Made by a program: the position numbers and the translations under genes. Below, one piece after another: positions 16,157 through 25,324 of a stretch of 64,000 nucleotides of DNA; within the stretch, counting starts at the first letter, position 1, and the number at the start of each line of letters is the position of its first letter. The notes under the pieces are model-generated. The model did not search any database. It saw only the letters and a program-made list of their open reading frames with translations, and had not been told where the DNA came from. The stretch is from Candidatus Yonathbacteria bacterium (GTDB lineage: Bacteria > Patescibacteriota > Minisyncoccia > Phycocordibacterales > JACNGX01), in assembly GCA_013334825.1 (NCBI GenBank), contig JAAXWR010000003.1, positions 37,167 through 101,166 of the forward strand, given 5' to 3'.

Positions 16157-18676
16157 TTACTGTTGTCCCGCTGGACCCATGGGAAATACCGTTTGGGTTC
16201 CTTGCGGAGTATTCGGCGCAGTTGGGTATGCCACTGGTGCAACAGGAAGTGTTGCTGGAGCAGAAGCATACGGTCCCGGCGCACTCTGATACGCAACTGG
16301 GGCAACAGGGGCTTGTGGAACATAGCGCATCGCCCGTTTTGCTTTATGCTCGTTATAAAAGAGCACGAGCTGACGAATAAGCACAATGATAATCAAGAGT
16401 AAGATCGTAAAGATAAGCCATCCGAGAAGCGTGTCAGGGAAGATTCCATCCCACCCAAAGAATGCTGCGGCGGCACCGGCATTGCGGTTTGCCTTAGCAT
16501 CAGCTTCAACATTGTCCGTCACACGAATGAAAATACTATTGGAAACTTCATTGTGTTTTGTGCTTTCAAGACGAGCAACGTTTTCAATCGTCATACCGGC
16601 ACGTGCATCATCAGTAACAACCATATCGAGCGTTACTTCACGTGATTCTCCCGAACGGAGTTCTCCGATATACCAGACAACCTCACGACGTGTGCCATCA
16701 TATCGGAGACTTTCATCGGCATTTGCAAATTCAAGGTAAAAGGGAATAAGATCATGAATAGTCGTCTCTTCAAGTGTATAGTCACCCGTGTTTTCTACTT
16801 GAATTGTAAAGCGCAATGTCTGTGCCTTTTCCGCAAAGACATCTGTCGGCGAACCATTTTGATAATCAATGTTCTCAACAGTCTTTGTTATACGTGCACC
16901 ATATTCTTTTACAGAAACAGGTTGTACTGGCCGTGTTGGCGTGTCATTCGGTGCACCAAGCGTCGTAAAGGACACGATGGCGCCGCGAGAAATACCGTAG
17001 GTATTTTGGACAACAAGACGATAATAATACGTTGTCGCGTAATCAAGTCCAAACATTGACTGATTCACCGCAACTGAAGAACTCCCCACGGACTGTGTCG
17101 CCGTTGTACGTCCAAGCGATTGAGTTGTTCCCCACTCAAACCACGCTGTCGTATATGCCGATGTTGGAACAGAAGCATTCCCCGTAAACCGTGCACTTGT
17201 GCGCGCCACGTTTACTGCAGACCCAGTTGTAGCAACAGGACCTTTATTGTCAATCCATCCACCATCACCGGTGCGGAAAGAGACAATGCTTCCGTAAACC
17301 GTACCAGCATCGTTACGCGCCGCGGCACGATAGTAATACGTTGTATTATTTTGAAGACCAGATACATATTCATTGAAGTTTCCTGCGGATGAACCTTGTC
17401 GATCACGACTTGTGTTGTACCCAAGAGAAAGTGTCGATCCATATTCAAACCAACGTTCTGTATCGCTATCACCTTGTGGATTTACATATCCATTCAATGT
17501 TGCTGACGAAGCTGTTACATTTGAAGGTTGATTGGTAGAAACAAATGGACGTTCGCTATCATCACCATCTTCATCTGTTGTGAAATACAAGCGATCACCA
17601 TATACCTTTCCTTCATCATTTTCACCAACGCAACGGAAATAATATTTTGTGTCTCCTTCAAGATCATCAATAAGCTGTTCAACCGTTTCTGTGTCGTCAT
17701 AGGAACGTTTATTTGTATCTTCATTCATAGATGTCGTCTCGCCGTATTCAAACCATACATCCGTATCTAAATCATTCGGATTGACATAACAACGTAAACG
17801 CGCGGAATCCTGTTCAATATCTGTTGCTGACTTTGTCTCAACAGCTGGCTCTTCTCCGTTATTCTCTTCTTCTGTGTGAAAGCTCAGGACAGATCCATAG
17901 TCAGAGCCAGCGTCATTACGTCCCACACAACGATAATAGTACGTTGTATCGTCAGAAAGCCCTGAGAGTGCCTGTTCGGCGGTTGTTGAAGAGCTATATG
18001 AACGTTGAGATGTACTCTTTGAAAGAGAAGAACTTGATGTCCCCCACTCAAACCACACATCGGTTGTGTCACCATTCGGGTCCACATCACAACGAAGTGT
18101 CGCGGAGTCTTCATCGATATTTGTTGCTGACTTTGTCGTTACCTCAGGGGCATCATAATCGGGGTCGTTATTGTTGCATCCGCCACAACCACATGTTGAA
18201 TTTCCACAGGAATCATATTGATAATTGTCAGTATAATCGTACGAAGAGCTCGAATAGTAGTATGGCTCGTAATCATACGAACTGTACGATGATTGATATG
18301 AACTATAATAATCTTGATACGGGTCATATGACGTTCCGTAGTCGGAGTTATCATAAACATAAGACGATGAGTAGTCGTTATTATAGTAACTATCATCATA
18401 ATAAGAGCTATAGTTATCATCGTATCCGTACGAATAATCGTCATAATAATACGAACCATATCCGTCGTCCGCGTAATAATCGTATGAATCATACGACGCA
18501 TAGCCATCATCGTAATATCCGTAGTCAGTATAGTACGACCCATAGTCATCCCAATAGTCGGCATGCGCTGTTTGGGGAAATACGGGCGCGACAAGTCCGA
18601 TCATAAGCGAAAACATCGCCATGACTGCACCGCCCATGCGGGCGAAATTGTGTTGTGAAGTGAAGATGGTATTCAT
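16157..18676 (-). CDS. Cell-surface protein: signal peptide, Tyr/Asp/Ser-rich tract, four FN3-like repeats, DUF11-like domain, C-terminal TM and Pro-rich tail
   Basis: AHA signal cleavage site; repeats P.V.T..A......SA.L......WFE(W/Y)G...TYYYR x4; LRFTIQVENTG...IHDLIP; TM TLLGWLIFTILLLIIIVLI. Confidence 0.85.
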   Translation of the reverse strand: MNTIFTSQHNFARMGGAVMAMFSLMIGLVAPVFPQTAHADYWDDYGSYYTDYGYYDDGYASYDSYDYYADDGYGSYYYDDYSYGYDDNYSSYYDDSYYNNDYSSSYVYDNSDYGTSYDPYQDYYSSYQSSYSSYDYEPYYYSSSSYDYTDNYQYDSCGNSTCGCGGCNNNDPDYDAPEVTTKSATNIDEDSATLRCDVDPNGDTTDVWFEWGTSSSSLSKSTSQRSYSSSTTAEQALSGLSDDTTYYYRCVGRNDAGSDYGSVLSFHTEEENNGEEPAVETKSATDIEQDSARLRCYVNPNDLDTDVWFEYGETTSMNEDTNKRSYDDTETVEQLIDDLEGDTKYYFRCVGENDEGKVYGDRLYFTTDEDGDDSERPFVSTNQPSNVTASSATLNGYVNPQGDSDTERWFEYGSTLSLGYNTSRDRQGSSAGNFNEYVSGLQNNTTYYYRAAARNDAGTVYGSIVSFRTGDGGWIDNKGPVATTGSAVNVARTSARFTGNASVPTSAYTTAWFEWGTTQSLGRTTATQSVGSSSVAVNQSMFGLDYATTYYYRLVVQNTYGISRGAIVSFTTLGAPNDTPTRPVQPVSVKEYGARITKTVENIDYQNGSPTDVFAEKAQTLRFTIQVENTGDYTLEETTIHDLIPFYLEFANADESLRYDGTRREVVWYIGELRSGESREVTLDMVVTDDARAGMTIENVARLESTKHNEVSNSIFIRVTDNVEADAKANRNAGAAAAFFGWDGIFPDTLLGWLIFTILLLIIIVLIRQLVLFYNEHKAKRAMRYVPQAPVAPVAYQSAPGPYASAPATLPVAPVAYPTAPNTPQGTQTVFPMGPAGQQ

Positions 18677-18761
18677 AAATATATGTTCAAATGAATAAAA
18701 GGCGAATAAAAAACGATAATGGCGCCCGCGTCATTACCGCGTGCACTTGACCTTTTCTGCT

Positions 18762-18790
18762 ATTATACACGATAGCATACAGATTGTCAA
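18762..18790 (-). promoter_or_regulatory. Consensus sigma70 promoter of the surface-protein gene
   Basis: TTGACA-17 bp-TATAAT, exact match. Confidence 0.8.
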
Positions 18791-18930
18791 GACTATCTCA
18801 ATACATCATTCATTATCTATACAGCTACACTATCTAGGTGCATAAGTCAAGAGAGTCTCTCTCATGTCCTTATTTTTCATACATAATCAAACATAAACAC
18901 TTTTCCACAATGCGACTAAAAGTAAACAAC

Positions 18931-18953
18931 AAAAAACGCCCCCGAAGGGGCGT
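18931..18953 (-). terminator. Intrinsic terminator
   Basis: ACGCCCC-TTCG-GGGGCGT-TTTTT on minus strand. Confidence 0.8.
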
Positions 18954-18968
18954 CTAAACAGGCACACA

Positions 18969-19913
18969 TCATCTCCCGCGATACTGATACGGGGTGAAAC
19001 GCATTGTCCTGCGCTGTGAGGACATCTGCCTCTCTCTCCTTTCATTGTTATTTACAGGAACGAGGCGTGTCGCCCCGTTCGAGTAATGAACGGCATCAAA
19101 CCATCTGCCATTACGACAGATACGTTTAACGCCCACCACCCGAACCCCCCTGGGGCCATCAGCGTACCGCAGAGATGCCGACGAGGAAGCGTGTACCTCA
19201 CGGAGAATCATCCCCGCGAGAGGTACTATCACTTCTGCAAGTGATCCACCTCTCTCCTCACGATATTCACGACGAGGTGAACGGCGTTCTTCCTCTCGTC
19301 GTCCCCGCACAACTGCCACGTCCTGACGAGACTGCTCAGGACGTGGGGGGAGAGTTGCAGCATTCCCGCACTCGTCGGCAACGAGGATAATGACAGGGTG
19401 AGCACCCCCGTTATCATCCTCGGCCCCCTCCATGAGGACGAGGAGAACACCCGAAATGTCCTCCCCCGTCTCATTTTTGAGAAGTCCACGACTCCCGTTG
19501 GGGAGTCTTGGCCCCTTCACGAAACCGCCTCCCTTTTGGTTAATGGCGAAAAAAGGATCGCCATTACGGAGAGTTGCCCGCCGGGCCTTTCCGTCGGCAA
19601 TCCGCACAAACTCCTTATGGAGTTCTGCGGTGTTGATGCCGTAAGCGTCCAGAGACGCTTTAAGCATCAACTCGTACTTGCCGAGCTCCCCCTTACGGAG
19701 AGCTTCGGGAATGCCTCCTTTGTAAAAGGGATTCCGTCCAATGTGGGCGTACTCCTTTTTCGCAAAGCGAAGTATGTCCTCACGGACACTCTCCATCCCG
19801 GATTGCTCTTCCTTCATAGGACGGTCAAGCCACTCATCGCCAACTGCGGCGAGAGCGGTGTTCACCACAAAGGAGCCCATAAGTGCGCCAAAAATTACGA
19901 TTTTTTTCATCAT
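18969..19913 (-). CDS. Hypothetical secreted protein with Arg-rich C-terminus
   Basis: MKKIVIFG...ALA signal peptide; own TTGACA-17-TATTAT promoter (19995-19967) and terminator. Confidence 0.75.
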   Translation of the reverse strand: MMKKIVIFGALMGSFVVNTALAAVGDEWLDRPMKEEQSGMESVREDILRFAKKEYAHIGRNPFYKGGIPEALRKGELGKYELMLKASLDAYGINTAELHKEFVRIADGKARRATLRNGDPFFAINQKGGGFVKGPRLPNGSRGLLKNETGEDISGVLLVLMEGAEDDNGGAHPVIILVADECGNAATLPPRPEQSRQDVAVVRGRREEERRSPRREYREERGGSLAEVIVPLAGMILREVHASSSASLRYADGPRGVRVVGVKRICRNGRWFDAVHYSNGATRLVPVNNNERRERQMSSQRRTMRFTPYQYRGR

Positions 19914-20063
19914 TTTTCGGGGTATTGAGCCCCGCCTTTAAATTGAAAATAACAAGAATTGCTTATATAATAGCGCAAAACACACAAAATGTCAAGCCAC
20001 TGTGTTTTTCTCTCTATGCCATGTTCTTAACAAAAAAAGCCGCTTTCGCGGCTTTTAAAAACT

Positions 20064-20390
20064 CTAATGGTACCGCCGAGAGAAACAAGAAACTCTCCTC
20101 ATGTGACGGCAGTGTCGGCGTACAAAAACTCTCCGCACACAGGGTTCCTCCCCTCTCTCCCTTTGCATGGCGACATGTGTCCCCGGAACACTTGAGTTCC
20201 AGTACCCTTGGGGATTGTGCCAATATCCCGAACGGCGCGTATTCCGGTAAAAATCACCAGAGAATCCCCGTTGAAAATCAGCATTTCCCTGCACGTAGCC
20301 ACGTGCAAACTCGTTACGCACTGTCCACGCATGCGCAGACGAACTCTGTGCATAAACGAGCATACCAATAATCAGACATATCATTTTCAT
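20064..20390 (-). CDS. Small hypothetical secreted protein (108 aa)
   Basis: Signal peptide ending SAHA; TTGACA at 20461-20456; terminator AAGCCGC-GAAA-GCGGCTTTTTT at ~20033-20056. Confidence 0.6.
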   Translation of the reverse strand: MKMICLIIGMLVYAQSSSAHAWTVRNEFARGYVQGNADFQRGFSGDFYRNTRRSGYWHNPQGYWNSSVPGTHVAMQRERGEEPCVRRVFVRRHCRHMRRVSCFSRRYH

Positions 20391-20571
20391 ATCTTTTTTC
20401 TAATTTTCTAGGTTTAAAAAACTCTTCTTCTTTCATATCAAAAACAAGTCCCCTTTGTCAACTTGTTCGCTATAAACTTTTTTCAGTTTTCATATGCATA
20501 CACTACAAAAAACTTTTATATTTTCTTTTCTACATATTATTCATCATTCACGTCTATGCTATACTATACAC

Positions 20572-22278
20572 ATGACAACTTTTCAGGATCCGAAACAAGA
20601 CGAACGTTTTAGAGAACTCCAAAAAAAAGAGCAGGAAGACTTAGTCGTCATGCTCGCGGAACGCCACGGGTTCCCTCATACACGCCTTTCAACAGCCACT
20701 ATCAATACCGATGCACTTCGTCTCATTCCTGAAGCAGAGGCACGTAAGGCAAACGTTGCCCCATTCGCACTCATTGGAAAGCGCGTCAAAGTCGGTGCAA
20801 CTTCCCCCACAAGTCCTGAAACTCTCGCCATCGTCGACGACCTCTCACGTCGTGGATATGAACCAGAGGTCGTCATGATTTCTCAAACAAGTATTGAACA
20901 CGCATGGGTGCTCTATCCGGAAATATCGAAAGCAGAAGAAACAGAAGCGGGTGTTTTTGATGTTTCAGGACGAGAGCTAGTCTCTCTCGCACAAGACATC
21001 AAGGGATTATCTGGTATCACCGATGCTGTCACAGCGATTACCGACACATCCTCTTCGCGCAATAAAATTTCTCGCGTTCTTGAAGCACTTCTGGGTGGAG
21101 CAGTCGCAGTAGGTGCATCAGATATTCACTTTGAACCAGAAGCATCTGGTGCACGTGTACGCATGCGTATCGACGGTGTTCTTATTGATGTATCTCGTTT
21201 AAATGGAGATATGTATCGTTTTCTTTTGTCTCGTATCAAACTTCTTTCAGGACTCAAGTTAAACATTACGGAGAATTCTCAAGATGGACGTTTTAGTATT
21301 CGGTTGCCAGAAAACGCTATTGAAATTCGTACTTCTGTTATCCCAGAAGAACACGGTGAGTCTGTTGTTATGCGTCTTTTAAATCCTGAGTCACTCACCA
21401 TTCCTTTTGAAGAACTTGGTATTGATCCATATCTATTCGCCATTCTCAAAAAAGAAATCAATCGTCCCGATGGATTGGTACTCACCACTGGCCCCACTGG
21501 TTCAGGAAAAACAACAACTCTCTACTCATTTCTCAAATATATTCACACTCCCGAAGTAAAAATCATCACCATAGAAAACCCAATTGAATATCATCTTGAC
21601 GGCATCACTCAAACCCAAACGAATACCAAGGAAGGATATACATTCGTCCAAGGTCTCAAAACAGCACTTCGTCAAGATCCCGATATTATCATGGTTGGTG
21701 AAATCCGTGACTCCGATACGGCGCAAACGGCTTTGAACGCAGCTTTTACCGGACACCTTGTTTTTTCAACACTACATACCAATAACGCAGCGGGGGTCAT
21801 TCCCAGACTGGTAAACCTTGGCGTTAACCCAAAACTTATTACTTCGGGCCTCAATGTTTCACTCGCACAACGTCTCACACGTCGTCTTTGCCCTACATGT
21901 AAGCGTCCGCACGTCTTTGACGCAGAGGAGCAAAATATCGTTGAACGAGCAATTGACCGGTACAACAAAAAACGCGGAACGGACAAATCGTTCGCGCAAG
22001 GAACTTTTTTTGATGCGAATACAGATACAGAAAACACCTGTCCTGTATGCGGCGGGCTTGGCTATAAAGGACGTATCGGCGTATATGAAGGCATCCTCAC
22101 TGATGAACATATCGAAGCGGTCATTTTAAGTGACAACCTCACTGAACGAGAAATAAAAAAAGCGGCCGAAGCCCAAAATATTCCGAGCATGGCCGAAGAT
22201 GGTATCGCAGGAAAAATGTATGCGGGTTTGACCTCATTTCATGAGCTTCGTCGAGTTGTGGATGTCGATGAAACGTGA
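20572..22278 (+). CDS. pilB: Type IV pilus assembly ATPase (PilB/GspE family)
   Basis: ASDIHFEP, QDGRF, GPTGSGKTTT, LRQDPDIIMVGEIRD, STLHTN, CxxC...CxxC; TGCTATACT 6 nt before ATG. Confidence 0.9.
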   Translation: MTTFQDPKQDERFRELQKKEQEDLVVMLAERHGFPHTRLSTATINTDALRLIPEAEARKANVAPFALIGKRVKVGATSPTSPETLAIVDDLSRRGYEPEVVMISQTSIEHAWVLYPEISKAEETEAGVFDVSGRELVSLAQDIKGLSGITDAVTAITDTSSSRNKISRVLEALLGGAVAVGASDIHFEPEASGARVRMRIDGVLIDVSRLNGDMYRFLLSRIKLLSGLKLNITENSQDGRFSIRLPENAIEIRTSVIPEEHGESVVMRLLNPESLTIPFEELGIDPYLFAILKKEINRPDGLVLTTGPTGSGKTTTLYSFLKYIHTPEVKIITIENPIEYHLDGITQTQTNTKEGYTFVQGLKTALRQDPDIIMVGEIRDSDTAQTALNAAFTGHLVFSTLHTNNAAGVIPRLVNLGVNPKLITSGLNVSLAQRLTRRLCPTCKRPHVFDAEEQNIVERAIDRYNKKRGTDKSFAQGTFFDANTDTENTCPVCGGLGYKGRIGVYEGILTDEHIEAVILSDNLTEREIKKAAEAQNIPSMAEDGIAGKMYAGLTSFHELRRVVDVDET

Positions 22279-22297
22279 GAGAATAAGCATGAGGTAA

Positions 22298-22490
22298 ATA
22301 AAAAGCGCATGATCCTCCAAGCAAACTTTTAAGTTAGGCACTGAAAAGAAGGAAGAGTCCTCGGGATAGGTCGAGCCGTTTCGTATAAAAAACGAAACAC
22401 CGGACCGTCCCTGGACAAATCCCGCATTGCTTAGAGGATCATACGCTCGTTTCACGTCTTGATCCGACGATATTACTGTTGTCGTTTCGT
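22298..22490 (-). ncRNA. Candidate structured ncRNA (6S RNA-like rod with central bubble)
   Basis: 20-bp closing stem GCGTATGATCCTCTAAGCAA/TTGCTTGGAGGATCATGCGC with two G-U pairs on the minus strand; inner stem-loop; TTGACA-17-TAGGAT promoter at 22524-22496; U-run at the end. Confidence 0.55.
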
Positions 22491-22517
22491 TACGTATCCT
22501 ATCATACTTGTAAAAAT

Positions 22518-23552
22518 ATGTCAAGTACTCCCCCGAAGACACAGGAGTCCGGTATTCCAGATGCCCGAGAAGATCGCAATCTCGATCAAACATTGCGTCC
22601 TGCCTCATGGGACGAATATATTGGTCAAGAGGGAATAAAAACAAATCTCCACATCCTTCTCACTGCCGCGAAAAACCGCAATCAAACTCCTGAACATATT
22701 CTCTTTTACGGGCCTCCTGGTCTCGGTAAGACAACGCTCGCTCATTTAATTGCACGCGAAACACGTGCGCAGATGCGCATGACGTCTGGTCCTGCTATTG
22801 AGAAGGTTGGCGATCTTGCGTCTATTCTCACCAATCTTTCTCCTGGAGATATTTTGTTTATCGACGAAATTCATCGTCTCAATAAACTTATTGAAGAAAT
22901 TCTCTACCCCGCGATGGAGTCTGGTGTTCTTGATATCATCATCGGCAAAGGTCCTTCTGCACGTACCATCCAACTTGAACTCCCTCCTTTTACACTGATT
23001 GCCGCAACGACACGCATTTCACTCCTTTCATCACCCCTCAGATCACGATTCTCTGGAGGAACATTCCGCCTCGAATTTTATACAGACGAAGAAATTGCCC
23101 GTATCGTCAGTCGTTCCGCCACCATCCTTGGTGTTCCACTCGCGGATGATGCAGCAATGGAAATCGCATCACGAAGTCGCTTCACCCCACGCACCGCAAA
23201 TTATCTCTTGAAGCGTTGTCGTGATTTCGCAGATGTACGAGAAACAACGCTCGACAAACGTGCTGTTGGGGATGCACTCACACTCCTCTCAGTAGATACA
23301 CTCGGGCTTACCTCTGCTGATCGCGCCATTCTTCGTGCTATTATTGAGAAGTTCCATGGTGGCCCTGTGGGACTCAAAACTGTCGCAGCTGCCATAGCTG
23401 AAGAAGAGAGCGCGATTGAAGAAGTCCACGAACCCTATCTTATGCGTCTTGGACTTCTTGAAAGAACCCCGCGTGGTCGTCAAGTAACTCCCAAAGCATA
23501 TGAACATTTGGGAATCCCCGTTCCAGAACATTTACAAACAACACTTCTGTAA
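22518..23552 (+). CDS. ruvB: Holliday junction branch migration helicase
   Basis: LRP..WDEYIGQ, GPPGLGKTTLA, FIDEIHRL, RTPRGR. Confidence 0.97.
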   Translation: MSSTPPKTQESGIPDAREDRNLDQTLRPASWDEYIGQEGIKTNLHILLTAAKNRNQTPEHILFYGPPGLGKTTLAHLIARETRAQMRMTSGPAIEKVGDLASILTNLSPGDILFIDEIHRLNKLIEEILYPAMESGVLDIIIGKGPSARTIQLELPPFTLIAATTRISLLSSPLRSRFSGGTFRLEFYTDEEIARIVSRSATILGVPLADDAAMEIASRSRFTPRTANYLLKRCRDFADVRETTLDKRAVGDALTLLSVDTLGLTSADRAILRAIIEKFHGGPVGLKTVAAAIAEEESAIEEVHEPYLMRLGLLERTPRGRQVTPKAYEHLGIPVPEHLQTTLL

Positions 23553-23625
23553 TTTCTTTTTACTATCTTCCTAATCTCCCAATTTACTAATCTCCTATCT
23601 CCCTATTCTCCTAACCTCCTATCCT

Positions 23626-24156
23626 ATGTCTGGTCACAATAAATGGTCAAAAATTAAACATAAAAAAGCAGCGAGTGATGCACAAAAGAGCAAACTCTTT
23701 GGGAAACTCGCGAAGCTTATCGCAACTGAGTCAAAGCGTGTAGGTGGTGACATATCAGCACCTGCACTTCGTGCTGTTATCGACAAAGCAAAAGCCGAAA
23801 ATATGCCGTCTGATAATATTGACCGTGCAGTAAAAAAAGGTATGAGTGCGGACGCTGCCACCATGGAATTTGTCCAATATGAAGCATACGGCCCGGGAGG
23901 ATGCGGCATCATCATTGATGGACTCACTGATAACAAAAACCGTACCGCTCAGGAATTAAAACATCTTTTGTCAAAAAACGGTATCGCTCTCGCCGCCCCA
24001 GGGTCGGCACTATGGATGTTTACCAAGGGAAATGAAGGGCTTGAAGCCACAATGACAGTTGATCTTTCGGAGGACGAAGGAGCAAAACTTGAAACACTTC
24101 TTGAGGCACTTGAAGAACATGATGACGTGCAAGAAGTGTATACGAATGCGAACTAA
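23626..24156 (+). CDS. yebC: YebC/PmpR family protein (short, 176 aa)
   Basis: MSGHNKWSKIKHKK, YEAYGPGG, TDNKNRT, DDVQEVYTN. Confidence 0.93.
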   Translation: MSGHNKWSKIKHKKAASDAQKSKLFGKLAKLIATESKRVGGDISAPALRAVIDKAKAENMPSDNIDRAVKKGMSADAATMEFVQYEAYGPGGCGIIIDGLTDNKNRTAQELKHLLSKNGIALAAPGSALWMFTKGNEGLEATMTVDLSEDEGAKLETLLEALEEHDDVQEVYTNAN

Positions 24157-24270
24157 AAGAACGTAGGTAAGAGGAAACAGGTTATAGGGACAAACACTCG
24201 AATCAAGCATGCCCTGCACCCTACGTGGCGTGCTGTGCATCCTACGTGGTGCACAGTGCACAGTGCTGGG

Positions 24271-24420
24271 GAATATACGAATGACTAAAAAACGATAAAC
24301 GATGAAATACGAAAATAGAAATAAGAAATATGAAGACGAAAACTATAAACGGCACACGATGAAATACGGAAATTGAAATATGAAATATGAAGAAGAAAAC
24401 TATAAACGGTAAATGATAAA
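24271..24420. repeat. Short-period intergenic repeat; inverted relative of 15270-15370
   Basis: GAATATACGAATGACTAA...AACGATAAACGATGAAATA...GAAATATGAAGA.GAAAACTATAAA. Confidence 0.7.
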
Positions 24421-24552
24421 AAATTTGTTATCTCGTTTTATTTCTACTCATACAGAAAGAGAAGTTGTGTATGTCATTGAAACATTAAGGTGTTGTTTAC
24501 ATATTGAGATTTATTTGAAATTTAGATTTTGTAATTTTGATTTTTTACTCTT

Positions 24553-25044
24553 ATGCGTATTCTTGCTATTGATCCAGGGTTTGACCGTGTAGGTATTGCT
24601 GTCCTTGAGAAACAAAACGGAAAAGAAGTCGTTCTTCATTCATCATGTGTGATTACTGACCGGGCGTTTTCTTTTGCGGAACGTCTTCTTTCCATTGAGC
24701 AAGCTCTTACCTGTGTTATTGAAACACACACACCAAATCTCTGTGCTGTCGAAGATCTCTTCTTTGCCGCAAATAAAACAACGGCCATAAAAGTCGCACA
24801 AGCTCGTGGGGTCATTGTGGTCACCGCTGCACGAGCAGGGATTCCTGTAAAAGACATTTCACCCCTTCAAGTAAAAATGGCGGTGACGGGATATGGACGA
24901 GCAGATAAAGCACAAATAGATATGATGGTACGAAAAACAGTGACACTCCCGAAAGAAACAATGCTCGACGATGAAATGGACGCTATCGCCATCGGTGTGA
25001 CAGCGCTCGCGATGTTTGGAAAAACAACCTATCCACAAACATAA
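24553..25044 (+). CDS. ruvC: Holliday junction resolvase
   Basis: ILAIDPG, AVEDLFF, QARGVI, VK.AVTGYGRADK, DDEMDAIAI. Confidence 0.95.
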   Translation: MRILAIDPGFDRVGIAVLEKQNGKEVVLHSSCVITDRAFSFAERLLSIEQALTCVIETHTPNLCAVEDLFFAANKTTAIKVAQARGVIVVTAARAGIPVKDISPLQVKMAVTGYGRADKAQIDMMVRKTVTLPKETMLDDEMDAIAIGVTALAMFGKTTYPQT

Positions 25045-25116
25045 GGGCTTGCATTCTTTCTCATTCTTTTGTACAAATACAGGTAGTTATAAGATTAAGC
25101 ATTTGAAATTCTTTTT

Positions 25117-25248
25117 ATGGAGGATTTTATAGATTCTGAACTAGATATCCTTGCCGGTTTTGGTGAGGACGAAAAACGAAATAATACCAGCGAGGAAGAC
25201 GTTGACGCGGTCGCATATGATCGTTACGACGACGAAGATACATTCTAA
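25117..25248 (+). CDS. Small acidic protein (43 aa), not in the ORF track
   Basis: MEDFIDSELDILAGFGEDEKRNNTSEEDVDAVAYDRYDDEDTF; fills the gap before the terminator at 25279-25320. Confidence 0.65.
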   Translation: MEDFIDSELDILAGFGEDEKRNNTSEEDVDAVAYDRYDDEDTF

Positions 25249-25278
25249 GTAAGAGTAGTATCTTTACTCTATTGTTTC

Positions 25279-25320
25279 ATACAAAAAACACATGAGATAC
25301 ATCCCATGTGTTTTTTGTAT
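25279..25320. terminator. Bidirectional terminator
   Basis: ATACAAAAAACACATG...CATGTGTTTTTTGTAT between convergent genes. Confidence 0.75.
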
Positions 25321-25324
25321 GAAA

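Noticed and set aside
22298-22490. RNase P RNA or SRP RNA
   Set aside because: Too short for rnpB, with only a loose GGAAGAGTCC resemblance and no 3' P4 motif; no SRP GGAA tetraloop domain
22234-22644. 136-aa minus-strand ORF
   Set aside because: Overlaps both pilB and ruvB in antisense; the interval is better explained by the structured RNA
22518-25044. Missing ruvA as a novel feature
   Set aside because: ruvA may lie elsewhere in the genome; this cannot be judged from one window
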